Source: Eledone cirrhosa (taxonomy: Eukaryota). From it: a DNA stretch of 64,000 nucleotides. The position numbers and the translations under genes are program-made. The DNA lies in assembly GCA_964016885.1 (NCBI GenBank), contig OZ024743.1, positions 303,924,001-303,988,000 of the forward strand, written 5' to 3'. The notes beneath the pieces are model-generated. The model saw only the letters and a program-made list of their open reading frames with translations, was not told the origin of the DNA and did no database searches. How positions within the stretch are numbered: the first letter of the stretch is position 1; each line of letters begins with the position of its first letter. Shown here piece after piece: positions 39,912 to 54,100 of this stretch.

Positions 39912-40005
39912 ACCCCTTGAGAAGATCGGCTATTTAAATACCAGGATAAATTTTCATTTAGTCCAGAATTAACCGTCGAAACGGCTTGAGCTCAGCCGAC
40001 GGGGT
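39912..40005 (+). ncRNA. Degenerate type I hammerhead ribozyme-like motif
   Basis: Stem I acccc/ggggt, core TTGAGAAGA (altered CUGAAGA), stem II cgg..ccg with a long loop, GAAA, and stem III cggct-tgagctc-agccg. The triplet is GAC instead of GUC. Confidence 0.5.
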
Positions 40006-40015
40006 CTTACTGGTT

Positions 40016-40056
<41 letters not shown>

Positions 40057-40579
40057 CAGAATATTAATAAATGAAGACATTCACATAATCAAAATATATG
40101 TTTTATTATATATATTTCGAAGGTACTGTGGTGTTTTTCGTCAGATAAAATATATGAGTTGATGTATGACATACTGGAATTGAACCATCAAGACCGTTGA
40201 GGTATGTCATACATCAACTCATATATTTTTTATATATATATATATATATATATTTATTTATAATTTATGTTTGTTCAATAACTCTAGTTGAGAGCTTCTT
40301 ATTCGGTATGTTGAATGGGTTCAATTCTTTCGTTCACACTTTGAATTTGCCCGTCAAAAGGCCAGAGGTCATTTCCACAGTTGGAGAATAAACACGAGAG
40401 AGCGACGCAACGCCTGCCATTATTAATAGCTTACTGCTACGCTTCACAGCGATATTAGGCCGAGAAAGGAAACCTGTTGATAAAGTGAAACCGCGATTCG
40501 GTCTTTAAATACAACAATCTTGCATATTGCGCATGTCGGATTGTTGATTTTGTTTTCATAGAAACTTATCGAGGATATT

Positions 40580-40755
40580 GTATAATTGTTTCTACTTTAG
40601 CCACAAGGCCAGCAATTACTGGTACTTTATTTTATCGACACCGCAAGGATGAAAGGCAAAGTCAACCTCGGCAGGATTTGAACTCAGATCGTAAAGGGAC
40701 GTAACTATGCTGGGAATCATGGCGTCCGACCCTCTACTGATACTGCCAATCCATA
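40580..40755 (-). mobile_element. tRNA-derived SINE (same family)
   Basis: Reverse complement of the A box, B box (gagttcaaatcc), core and tail. Confidence 0.85.
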
Positions 40756-41154
40756 ATACCGCTCGATACGTTCCAGGTTTGTTATTCAACCTGATTGTAT
40801 TTTCGTTGTTGTCGTGGCTTCTGTGGCTATGTCCCCTAACCACAGTTTTCAATTTGCCTCGCTATAGAATGTTTTGTGAGTCAAATCCGTTCCAGTCCAG
40901 TCGCTGAAATGTATGTTAGTTATTTTTCATTTATTTATTTTTAAATACAAATTTCTTACGTTTCTTTGAATTGTATCCGCTTTACGATGTTGTGTTTGTG
41001 TTTTGTTGTTCCTCGAACAAGCAGTATTGCTTATGAAGTTCTTCCGAGAAAATATTTTCGAACCATTCAAGGTAGAGCAGTTCTGTGGGCAACATGATTG
41101 GAATAATTGCAAATTTAGCAATGTATCGATCTAGTTTACGCACACACTCTCTCT

Positions 41155-41720
<566 letters not shown>

Positions 41721-43166
41721 TGTGTAGATATATGTGTGTGTACGTGTGTGTGTGTGTTCGCGCAGGCATGTATTCGCGTATATAATACTTTATCTATATT
41801 AATATCTGTTTGTTTCACATCGAGAATATGAAAACAGCTTCAGTCATTTACTTACTCGAGTCCTTTTTTTCTATTTCTTTGTTTCATTAGCAATATGCCA
41901 GCACGCATTCTCAATATTTAGTTGGCATCTTATATCCTTTTATTTTTAACTCCTCAGTTTCGAATGGTAAATGAATTTCTTAATTAAATCACTAAGTAGC
42001 TTTGTTATTTATTGGTTGACTTTTGTTGTTGAAAATGATAAAAGACATTTTGCAAATTAAACGAAATATAACTTTACATTCTCTGTAGAATTACTCTAGT
42101 ACATTTCAATCATGAGAAACATGATATATTCGAACGCTATTTAAAATATATTCTAAATCATTACATCATAGGTTAGGCAATAGTTCCCAAATACTGAATT
42201 ATTTAGAAGAAATAGAAATCTTATTTTCTAAAGCAAAAATAGACAGTATATTCTATCTATTTTCCTGTAATATATGATTGTTAGATGTACGTGTAAATGT
42301 ATTAAGATGAACTTCAACTCTTCATTTTTTTCTTATTTGGCAGAAGTCCAGATACGTTAATTTCTTTTCTTCAAAATGGTTGACTGATTGCGCACGCGTT
42401 TTCATTACTCAAACTTCTTTTTTCCATTCCTTGTTTTTATCAATCTCGGCCAATCTGTTTCGTCTTTTATATCATACTCTATCTTCTAATGATGGCCTAA
42501 TATGCAAAACGCTAAGTATTTGTAATCAAAGTGCTGTGTCGTTTGCCTTGATATTTCTTTTATCTTTTGCATACGTTAAAATGTTTTTATTTATTCATAC
42601 ATTCAGCTCAATTGTATTTGAGTTCAAATCAGAAAAAACATGATGCAATACTAAATATTGGCATGAATGTTCCCCAAATTAAGCAGCTTTATAGTAAGCA
42701 ACATTACATTTATTTTGGTATTTTTCACGGAGTATGTTCCAATGGGATTTGTTTGCGTTTGTATTTTCTTTCTGGCAGTATAAATTTCGTTAAGAACTAA
42801 CCCTATTTGCCATTATATTTGCATGTGTATTTCTGCATACAGACGGATTATCATGATGAAGAATATGTTTTGACCTTGTAGTCATGTGCTCTGCCCCTCT
42901 TGGTATAAGAGTAACCTATAGAATCCACTAGCATGCTTTCCTCAAATGCCAGTAAATTAAAATTGGTCTGTAGATTACATGCCACATATCATCAGTAAAC
43001 TACCCATTAAATTATGTATTAGTCAAGTGTGTGTGTATCATGTTTTGTATATGTTATTTTCTATAAATGTTATGTACTCCTTTGTATCACAGAGTGGAAC
43101 ACGGTAGCAGTGAGATTTAAGGAAAATTTAATTGGATAAAATTAATCTGCATTATCCCCTTATTTA

Positions 43167-43390
43167 AGGGCGGTTGATTGGCAGTATTAAAAGAGCGTCG
43201 AACACTATGCTTTATGGCATAGATTTACGCCCCTTTACGTTGTGGGTTCAAAACCCGCCAAAGTTTGCTTTGCCTTTCATATTTATGGGGTCGATAAAAT
43301 AAAACACCAGTAACTCACTAGAGTCCATTTAATCTATTTTCCTCTCCCCACAAAATTGTTGACCTTGTGCCAGAATCAGAAATCATTAGC
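43167..43390 (+). mobile_element. tRNA-derived SINE, older subfamily
   Basis: ggcggttgattggcagtatt...gggttcaaaacccgcc...gcctttcat..ggggtcgataaaataaaacaccag...ccttgtgcc. Confidence 0.75.
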
Positions 43391-45549
43391 CTTTTAATTA
43401 TTAATTTTCTTAAATAAGTTTCGTATAGGTATATCACATAGAAACGATAATGTAGGTATGTGTAGATATCAATGACAATATAGTGAGTATGCTATTATAA
43501 ATATGTTTTGCCTTTTTTTTCTCATGGGTGTTTTTTTTCTATTTTTACTGTAATGAATGGAACAATTGTAATGCATAGAAATCTCCGAACATTCATATTG
43601 AAAGAATGATTATGTATTCAACATAAACTGTAACTAATCAAACACGAATGGTTTATTTGCAGAATGTTTGAGATTTCCCATTCAAAAACAATAGTCATGT
43701 TAAGTGCTTTCCAATCATCCGCTTGCTGACTTAATCTCATATTTATTCATACCAGCTGTTCAAATATTGTTTCAAATTTCGATTCAAACGTCCAATGTTT
43801 GTCTACATATGTTATTCTCTGTAGCAATCATTTCATTATGTTGTGGTTGTATATTCGTGTATATACTTTAATTAATATGTCTGATATATCCAAGCATGTA
43901 CTCCTATCTCTGTTTTCGCGAGTTTCTTTATTTGCAATGTGTTATGCGTGCATGTGCGTAATTGTGTGTTCCTGGGTGTTAGGCTGAGTTTTGTTTTCTA
44001 AACCTCGTGTTTTCTTAAGATATCTAGTTTATTCTACAGTTTACCCCATTTCGTCGCAAACATTTATTATATGCTTTTAAAAGAAAGCACTAATGTATTC
44101 AGCACCCAACTGGATTTTCTGGTTGCAAAATTAGTTGTGTGTATAATGAGATTTTATTTTTTCCGTTTGAAATGTGTATGTATTATTCTGGAAACAATAA
44201 AGCGAACCACAGGCTCCTGTCAAGGAAAGCAGGTTGCATGTTTCATTAATAATCCTTCTTATCGAGAAATGGATGAATATCACGCAGGTACTTTCTCTTG
44301 ACCATTTAATTCGCTGTAATCTTCTTATTAGATTAAGTGTCAATAATAAATATAATGTTTTGTGCGTTACCACTTTTCATTATTTATCTGGTAGCTCATT
44401 TCCAAATTATTGAACTATTATTGCTTTTTGAGAAAAGACTGTCTCCTAGTATCGAAATATTACTTTTCATCCACGTGCCCTTATATGTGAGCATAACTTT
44501 AAATATTTTTGCTGATACAGCCTTCTGTTCTTTTTGTGTTCCCCGGATCTTAGACTGAAATAAGTTAACAGTTTCATAGAGGTTTTTTACGGAAATCTCA
44601 TTTTCTGTTTTTATCTTTTGTTATAATGTTTATAGGTTACAAGAGAACTTGTGATTAATGCTAGTTTGTTTATATCGTCTTTATCGATAGCACATTTTAT
44701 CAGAGAACTTTTGAGCTCATGCTTTGAAGTTATTAATGTTTCTTTCAAGAGTTTGCAATATAGAATTATTGAAATATTAGTAGGTCAATTTCCTGTGATC
44801 TCATTCATGTGCAGTGAAATTATTATTCAACTTAAACAAAATGATGTTATCTAAGTATAAGATTATACAGTGCAGACACTTGATATGTTCTAATTTTGTT
44901 ATCGGCCTGTATTGCTTACATTTGGGAAATTAACTATCACGAGTCCTGCAACTATTTCTTATAATTTCTTGAGATTAATAGCAACCGTATACAGACAGTT
45001 ATTTATTTGCGAATAAATTGCTTTGCACATTTCCATACAGAGTTATGTCCTCAATCCTCAATTTTGCTTAAGCTGAGAGTAGGTTATTGTTTTCTTAATT
45101 CATTTAAAGAAGTTATTTTCTTCAATGTAGAAATTTCAGGTTAAAGTATTGGGTTTATCCGAAGGCAACAAGACTGATATGTTTCATTGGGAAATGCAAG
45201 TATGTTTTTTAAGTGTGCCGATTAAATCAGATGATGGTGCGGCAGTCATATTTGGATAATGATATGTACGTGCTGTCCAAGCTTTTTAATTTTGACATGA
45301 TTTTACGTCGAATGGATTTCGTCACAACAATTCTTTAACGGCTTCATACAACAGTTAGATCATTTGTCATAGTATTATCTGATTAAATAAACGTGTAAAT
45401 GTAACGGTACAGTAGACTGTTCGACAGCCTACGAAAGCTTATGAATTTAATATTGATATTAGTTTTAGTAGTACTGTTATTTTCGGCTTTTGCTGTTGCC
45501 TTTACCATGTTTAGTCAAACTGAACGATGCGTCATTCGAAATGACATTA

Positions 45550-45650
45550 GTTAACTTTGCCTTTCCTCCTTACGGGGTCGATAAAATAAAGCACAAGTAA
45601 TGCACTGGCATAATTGCTGCCCTTGTGTCAAATGTAGAAACAATTATATT
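45550..45650 (+). mobile_element. SINE 3' half
   Basis: ctttgcctttcctccttacggggtcgataaaataaa...cccttgtgtcaaatgtagaaacaattat. Confidence 0.75.
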
Positions 45651-46139
45651 ACATTCAACCTGAATAAAGCGATCGTGTTTAGTAAAAGGTGTTTCTCTAA
45701 CACACGAAATGAAAAAGTAGATTTTTGTAATAGTCAAGAGGTGAGTCGACGGAAATGTATACGTGTATAAGACGGCAGGGTTGAACAAGATACCACGTTG
45801 TAATTGGAGACTCTTTTATCATATGCTTTTCACAATGCAACAAATGTGTACGATTTAACATTATAAAATATTCTTTTGTTTCTGCAACACATAGAATTAA
45901 TGTCACATTGCAACACACAGTATTAATGGCATATTAATAAGAATAGTTGTTTCCCTTTAGAGACTATAAGCCACCCAATAATCGAATGCTCCAACCTTGC
46001 AAGAGAAGTCGTGACAGCATAGCACGCATCATTCGCTGAAAGCTTTGTGAAAGGTTTTGCCTAGGGAGAGCCAATAAATGTTATGAAAATACACCAAAGT
46101 GAGTTAATGATACCAATGAGATTAAAATATTGTGGTATT

Positions 46140-46570
46140 TTACGATACAATGTGACAAAATGATTGAAGCAAGGAAGTCAGACAGCCATTGTCAAAAGGA
46201 AAACGAAACATTGTATTATAATAGATATTGCAGTTCCTGTAGACAACACATAAGATGAAAAAGTGTGAGGGAAGATAAATAAGTATGGGGACCTCAAACG
46301 GGAAGTTCCTACAATATGGCAAATTAAAAAGGTAGCAATAGAAGCTGTAATAATTGGAGCAACTGGAGAAGTAACACGGAAATCAGTTGATTGGCTCGGG
46401 GACAGAGATTCGAAATAAACTCATACACATTACAAAAGTATGCCATGCTAGGAACAGAATGAATTTTGAGAAATTCGTAGAGACATAAATATGAAGGAAG
46501 CTTTGGAAACTCTGATCATTTGATATAACACTAAAGGGGTAGATATGCCAGCGTTCCGGAGATAATAACG
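46140..46570 (+). mobile_element. R4/Dong-like LINE 3' fragment (RLE domain), decayed
   Basis: Manual translation gives IQCDKMIEARK..CIIIDIAVPVD..KINKYGDLKREV..IW..VIIGA.G, homologous to the RLE domains at 32450-32800 and 61920-62300. Confidence 0.75.
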
Positions 46571-46899
46571 GTAAAAAATAATTTTAAAATATAATTATAA
46601 ATGAAATATAAATGAATACGAATTAAATATAAGTTATAAAAGACGCAAATTTACATCCAAATATACAAAAACCTAAAGCCATGTAATATTGAAGAAATAA
46701 TGATACAATCCCGATACACACACAGCATGCTTTCCTTCATGTAAACAAGAATATGCACACAGACACACATGAATAACATATGTGCATTACTTTTAGGCGG
46801 TTCACCTAAAATGTTATCTCTCATAAATGAGAGACAACATTTATCGCTTGCCGTATAGTATTTGTATAATTCCTGGAGGGCATAAGCCGTTATAATATA

Positions 46900-47111
<212 letters not shown>

Positions 47112-47409
47112 TTGGAGCTCTGAAATAGCAATATATATATGGATGTATATGTAATGTATTTTGCAATACACTTTATGCTTAATTAAAAGCATTTTGAAGA
47201 CCGTAAGCTATTGTTTTAAAGTAATGACAAATTCACTCACTTTGATCTCAGCAAACAGGGGAGATAAGCCGACAAGACTTGTTTCGCTTTGGTTGAAGCT
47301 TATCAAGGCCAACTACCCCACCTGTTTGCTGATATCATTGATGTTATATTCTTATAGAAATCTAGTAAATAATCAGGCCTTGATAAGCTTGACATCTGTT
47401 CAAGGAGAG

Positions 47410-49950
47410 TGGTGTACAGATACTTGCGATCCAAGAACACAGGATCCTACACGATGAGCTCGTGAGGAGTGTGATGATTGAGAAAATAAGCCAGCTTCAA
47501 TGGAAACCAAAGACTGAGAGTCATCTCAGCCTATAGTCCCACCGGGGGATACAGTGATGTGAGTGCGGAAGAGTTCCATGAGAAGGTTTGTAGAGCTGTC
47601 AACACCACACAAGCACACAACATCCTGCTTGTTTTGGGGGACTTCAATGCACATCTGAGTAAGGAGGCCAGTGAAGATCCTTGCTGGTACTTCCATAACA
47701 ACACCAACCGAAATGGAAGACTGCTGAGAGACACCCCGCTGGAGGCGAACATGATAGCAACCAACCTAAGGTTTAGAAAGAATCCGGGGAAGATGTGGAC
47801 CTACATCTCAGATATGCACCTGTCCAAGTCCCAAATTGATTTCATTCTGGTGAGGAAAAAGTGGCGAAATAGTGTTCTGAACACAGAACTATACAACTAT
47901 TTCAGTACACTGAGTAGTGACCACCGGCTTGTTATGAGTGAGGTCTGAGTGAGTTTAAGAAAGAGCAAGGCTCAGCTCCGGAGAGCGGTCTATGACTGGG
48001 GAGGTTTCAAGGAAGATGATAAGCTACAGGAGAGGTTCACAGTACTCTGTGTGGAGAAACAGAAGAGAGAGAGATTGGATGGACTGATGAGAGTGTGCCG
48101 AGGAGGTACAGGCACTTCACCAATGCAGTGGCGGAAGCAAGCGAGACTCTGGTACCGAGGAAAAGAACAAAAGGAAGCACGTCAGCTCTACAAACCCAAA
48201 AGTGTGTGAAGCCAGAGAACACCTGAAAGCTGCCAAGGACCTATTCTATGCTGATCCTACGGAGGAGAGGATGGAGACTGTGGAGGTGTTGAGGGAAGAA
48301 CTGTGTACCGCTTACACTAAGGCCAGAGAGGAGGCACTAATAGAGAAGATCAGAAGTGTGGAGAGAGCGGTTGACAGATCTGGATGTAAGGGGAGCTGGA
48401 TGATCATCAACGAGATCACAGGGAGGAAGAGAAGGTGTTCGAGTCAGATCGAGTGAATAGGGCCCGAGGATAGTAAGAGGAAATCGCTAGACCATTTTAG
48501 GACCCTACAAGGATAGCCATCCTCCACAGCCCACAGCACTTGGGAGATCAGACGGCTGTTTGAAGAACTGGTTATTGGGACAGAGCCCTTCACCAGAGAG
48601 GAACTTCAGAGATCCAAGAAGATGATCAAGGATGACAAGGCTCATGGAGAAGATGGAGTGGCATCAGAGGTGATGAAGAGGTGTGATTTTGATATCATTC
48701 TTGGGTCCTGTAACCAGGCACTGGAGAAAGGAGTAGCTCCGAATCAGTGGAGGATCAGTAACATCGTCCCAGTGTCAAAGAAGGGAGATCTCTCTAAAAC
48801 CAACAACTACAGGGGGATCTCGCTGACGTCACTTGTGGCAAAGACACTCAACAGGATGATTCTTAACAGGATCCAGCCTGAGATGGAAAAGAAGCTCAGG
48901 GACAATAAGAACGGCTTCAGAGAATGAAGATCAACCACCAGTCACATGCTAATGCTGAGGAGGATATTAGGGGGAGCTAGAGCAAATTGCCTTCCTGCGG
49001 TCATGGTTTTCATTGACTTTAGGAAGGCCTTTGATTCTGTGGACCGTCACTGCCTGATGAAGATCTTAAAGGCTTATGGAATCCCCAACACCAAAGCCCA
49101 AGTCATTACACCTGATGGGATGACAGATTTCTTTGAGATACTGGCTGGAGTGCTCCAGGGAGATACATTGGCTCCCTAACTTTTTATCATCGTAGTGGAC
49201 TATTGTATACGCCTTGCACTGGAGAAACACCAGGACTCTGGCTTTACTGTAGCACCGGCTCAGAGCAGGAGAATTAAGGCGAAAAAGATATCAGATGCTG
49301 AATTTGCCGACGACATAGTTTTGGTGACAAATACAGTGAAGGAGGCAGAGGATTTGATGCAGGAGGTTGAGGGAGTGTCGATGAATGTGGGTTGAGAATG
49401 AATGAGACTAAAACAACATATCTGGTAGAGAATGTTGAGAAGCCAGAGGGGATCACTAAGGTAGGTGGGAAGCCGCTAGAATTTGTTGATGACTTCCTGT
49501 ATTTTGGAGCAAAGATTGTGAATACGGACGATGATGTGGTTGAGAGGAAGAGAAAAGCCTGGGCGGCGTGTCACAGCATGAGATCGGTGTGGAAGTCGGA
49601 CCTTCGTAAAGACATGAAAATCCGCCTCTTCATTGCTGTAGTGGAGTCTGAGCTGCTGTACGGGTCTGAGACTGGGACAGTGACCAAGAAAGTCACTCAG
49701 ATGGTGTTGGGTGCTACACGAGAATGCTGAGGATGGCTCTGAACATTAATCAGTATACACTGAGGATGAAAAATTCAGTGCTTCTGTAGGAGCCCCTACA
49801 TGGACACACTGGAAGAGGAAGACCAAGGTTAACGTATGTTGATGCCCTAAAGACAGACACTGGTCTGCTGGAGACGCAGGACATGGCAGCTATAATGAGG
49901 GACAGAACCGCTGGAGAGAACTCGTCCATGGATCACGGGAATTTTACCCG
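47410..49950 (+). mobile_element. RTE-clade LINE (APE plus RT), 5'-truncated and disrupted
   Basis: LGDFNAHL, TNRNGRLL, SQIDFILV, SDHRLV, NYRGISLTS, FIDFRKAFDSV, GVLQGDTLAP, FADDIVL, LLYGSET; followed by a (TATG)-like tail. Confidence 0.9.
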
Positions 49951-50077
49951 CCCTAGAATATATGTATATATGTATGTATATATGTATGTATATATGTATG
50001 TATATGTGTATGTATATATGTATGTCAAAGGTTAAAGGGCAAATGAGCTCTAAAGAGTCAATGGTCATCCAAAATCA

Positions 50078-50936
50078 CCGGGAGAGATGACCCCTTAGCC
50101 TTTGTCAAGGCAGAATTCTAGAAGGAAAACTCTGATATAACACCTGCAACCCTGATGGTATCCAATGATGTTGACTTGTTATTCTTTTTGGTAAATATCG
50201 TCTTGGTTAAGGGAGTGGCACTGGCTTTGTGCAGTGCCTATGCTCACTATAAAAGCTTCACTGCACAGGCATTGCTTTATATCTGGAGATCTCTCTGCAC
50301 TTGTCGTTACATGGTTCCATGGGCCCAGCACTATGTGTCAATAATTGTAACAAGTGTAGCGTTTGTACCAGAGTGTTCAAGTCGCTGGCTGAACTAAAAT
50401 GTCACACTCGTTCAGCGCATCGGTGGGGGTTCTCGTACATGGATATAAAGTAGTGGCCGTACTCGAAAACGAGTTGGCAGCCACCATGTATATATATATA
50501 TGTGTACGTATGTATATATATATCCGGGATAGATGACCCCTTAGCTTTTGTCAAGGCAGAATTCTAGGAGAAGCAAAACTCTGATATAACACCTGCAACC
50601 CTGATGGTATCCAATGATGTTGACTTGTTCTTCTTTTTAGTAAATATCATTTTGCTTAAGAGAGTGGGACTGGCTTTGTGCAGTGCCTTTGCTCACTATA
50701 AAAGCTTCACGGCACAGGCATTGCTTTATATCTGGAGATCTCTCTGCACTTGTCGTCACATGCTGCCATGGGCCCAGCACTAGGTATCAATAATTGTCAC
50801 AGGTGTAGTGTTTGTACCAGAGTTTTCCAGTCGCTGGCTGGACTAAAAAGTCACACTTGTTTAGCGCATCGGTAGGGGTTTTCCTACATGGATATAAAGT
50901 AGTGACCGTACTCGAAAACGAGTTGGCAGCCACCAT
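50078..50936 (+). mobile_element. Two tandem copies (50078-50487 and 50524-50936) of an about 410-bp RTE-derived non-autonomous element
   Basis: The units are near-identical. Each has a 5' ggc...ctag(g)a(g)aag.aaaactctgat RTE-type UTR motif, a 3' C2H2 remnant CSVCTRVFxSLAxLKxHT..AH, a terminal stem-loop actcg-aaaa-cgagt and a TA-rich tail. Confidence 0.7.
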
Positions 50937-50979
50937 ATATATATATGTATATGTATGTATATATGTATGTATATATGTA

Positions 50980-51022
<43 letters not shown>

Positions 51023-51162
51023 TGAGTATATATTGGTTATTTACCGACACCTCAGTATGCATATTGGTGCACTCGACGAAGTACGCAGGTAGGGTTGTTT
51101 ACACCGGAGTAATCGAAAACAATTAAGTCAAATATGTAAAATTTGGCTTCGTTTATTATAAA

Positions 51163-54100
51163 CTAGCAGCGCTACCCGGCGTTGCCCGGTAAAACTCTCA
51201 ATGGATTAGTCGTTCAAACGAACCGAATGACTTCCGTTAAACACGACTAAAGATGGCCTTTGAACGTTCACTTTGAAATATCTCTGCGGCGGTGCTGCCA
51301 GCAAAGACGCATCCGATGGTAACAATGTATAGTTGGTGGCCCTGAAGAGGAACTTTTAACAATCACTTTCAAATATCTCAGCGGCGGTGCTGCCAGCAAA
51401 GATGAATCCAATGGTAACAATTTAAACTTGGTGGCCCCGAAGAGGGCATTGGATAGTACACTCTTAAAAGTCTCAGCCGCAGTGCTATCAGCAAAGATGA
51501 CTCCGATTAGAGGTGTGACCCTTAAGAAGTACTTTACACCATTTTGGTGTGTCGAATTTGATTTGCTTGTTATTTGAGATTGTAACCTAGAAAAGCATGT
51601 AACAATCGGTGGCCACAAAAACGGCCTTGGCAAGATCATGCTGGAATGTCAAAAAAATGTGAAAATAAGATGGAGGGAAAAGTAGATTAATCAGGTTAAA
51701 ACTACGGAACATCGATAGCAAAGCGTAATAGCAACATATAAATGCAGAAAACGGAGACATTGAACATTTATAACGTATAGCTAAAGCAACCTCAGAAGCC
51801 TACGTGGTATTTTCAAAAGGATACAAATAACACACGGATAGGGAAAATGTAAGCACTTATACGAAAAAAAAAAAACACCGATTACCTGTTGGCTGATGGG
51901 CTGCCTACAAAACTTCCTTATAGACTATATTTTTGGTTTTCTCGCGAGCTGCACAAGCAAATATTTTATGTCGGCTCCCCACTCGCGAGCAGCCAACATA
52001 TAGTTGACCATGGCAGAAGCACAGTTCTTCTAGATTAAGCCCTACGACCGTCAGCGTCTGACCCTGTTATTTGTTAATCGATATGGCGAAACTGAATGTG
52101 AAAGGAATGTCTTTCCGGGATGGAATGAGAGGTGTCCATGGTATGAAGACAGCAACCATCTTACCCCATCCTGTAAGTAATGTTGCCTCTATAACATGGG
52201 GCATCGCCTTTTGGATGACCAGACGCGTGCCTTTGGAAAGCCTTTGGGGTTCCAAATTTCTGCGCAGCATGACAGGGGCACTTTTCTTAAGTCGCAGTAA
52301 GTGTTGTGGCCATCCGGGAGGGTTTAGGGAGTTAAGAAATTATGTGGGGTAATTAACAACTTCGTCCGGATCAGCCATAGTTTCAAGGGACTTGTAGACG
52401 TGCAGGTTTCCAGGCAAGCACGCCATGAGCTGTTCATTGATGCTTCCAACTATATGGTTTTTTGAAGCCAATATTGCGCGTTCACACAACCACTTTTGAT
52501 ATCTGTATTTCTCCTCAAGATTAGGAAAAACAGACGTACGTAACTCAGCAATTGATTTAACGCATCTGCAAATCCCTGTGAGGTCCGCTTTACCATATCC
52601 GTCAAGTGGAACTTTGCCATCTCCCAGCAACAAAATGGCAGCAGCAAAACCCGCTGATGTCTCATCACCTTGCAGTTTTGTCATCATGCTTGTTGTAAGC
52701 GTCAGCTTTCTTACATAACGCCAAAGTGGGGAGGTCTTAAGGCATGCACCAACCTCATCAGCCCGCGTTGGGATTACAGGCAGAGTCTGTCGGAGGTCCC
52801 CAGATAACAGGAAAGTAACACCTCCCATTGGTTCTTAACAGTCCCTGATTTCTCTGAGTATCAGGTCTAGGGCCTCGAAAGCCGCCCTGTGGGCCATTGT
52901 ACATTTGTCCCAAACAATTAGTAGGCAGCGCTTTAACACCAGCGCTTGTCCGGAAGACTTGCTGACTTTGCAGGTGGGTGTCTCAGATAATGCCACGTTG
53001 AGAGGAAGACTGAAGGCAGAATAGACCGTCCTGCCAGCAGGCAGCACAGTTGCTGCAATGCTCGAAGAAGCAACGGCCAATGCGATGTTTCCGTGTTTCC
53101 TCAATGCAGTGAATAAAAGTTTGATTACAAATGTTTTGCCTGTGCATCCATGTGCGTCCAGGAAGAATATACCCCCTCCCTGATTACGGATGGAATCAAC
53201 GACAATGTTATAGGCTTCTTTTTGATCCATTAAAATGTTGGTTCATTCTCTTCAACATACCTTTTGAGTTCGTCGACATCATATGACGTTTCACGTATGT
53301 CAGATGGCGCATCTCGAATTGTTTGCGGAACCCATATTTCTCCAAGACATCTCCGCCCATTGAAGCCACGCTGTCTTCAATATCGATCAGAGCTCTGTTA
53401 TATATAGCGTCTAAAAAGCCGACATCTAAGTTTTGAGATTGCAATTGAGTGAGACGCCTATATTCGTCTGCTAAATCATCTTTAAACTTTTGCCATAAAG
53501 AGTAAGGATCGCTCAATTCACAGACGTGCAGGAGGATAGCAAAAAGTGCTCTTAGACTACGGGAAGATTGTGAGATGGCAGCTTCCGTCAAGGTTGCATC
53601 CCATTGTGCGTCATCTTCTAAAAATCCACGCCTCAAGCAGGCTTCCCTGTACGTTCCGCAGGCGTATCCATCGACGTTTCTCACATGAGTGAAGCTAGTC
53701 GACCCTCTTAACTCATGAAGCAGAAGTCGCAGGTAGAAGCATTCGTGTTGGGTAGGGTGGACCGTATAAAATCGCCCAAGGCAATTATCGAATTTGTTGC
53801 CTGGATGTCCAACCACCTCTTGTCCTACCTTCCTTCGTAACAATTTTCTCTAGTTCCATGTATAGTAAGACGGTATTTCAGAATACAGCAGAGTTCGAGC
53901 GAAGTCGTCTTGTTGACAAAGTTTGAAAAAAGCGGTGACTGTAGTTTCCTTTGGTGAGATCGGTAGCTGAGCAGCTGTTGCATCATTGAAATACATCCGT
54001 TAACCGTTTTCAAGGTGAACGGTAAGTTGTTTAATGACGGGGTTTCGTTGGTGCAGTAGGAAGCTAAAAACGCGCCAAAAGGCTTCATTGCTGCTAATGT

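Larger units (their letters stand above)
37320..40020. mobile_element. Penelope-like element remnant: GIY-YIG C-terminus (minus strand) with oppositely oriented 3' tails and a hammerhead-like motif
   Basis: See the GIY-YIG ORF. An inverted 35-bp match lies at 38491-38525 / 38905-38939. Strand bias flips from A-rich to T-rich across about 38900. A hammerhead-like motif lies at 39912-40005. Confidence 0.65.

Noticed and set aside
51270-51510. Repeat-spacer-like pattern (CRISPR?)
   Set aside because: These are long diverged tandem units inside a eukaryotic Helitron, with no unique spacers and no cas genes.
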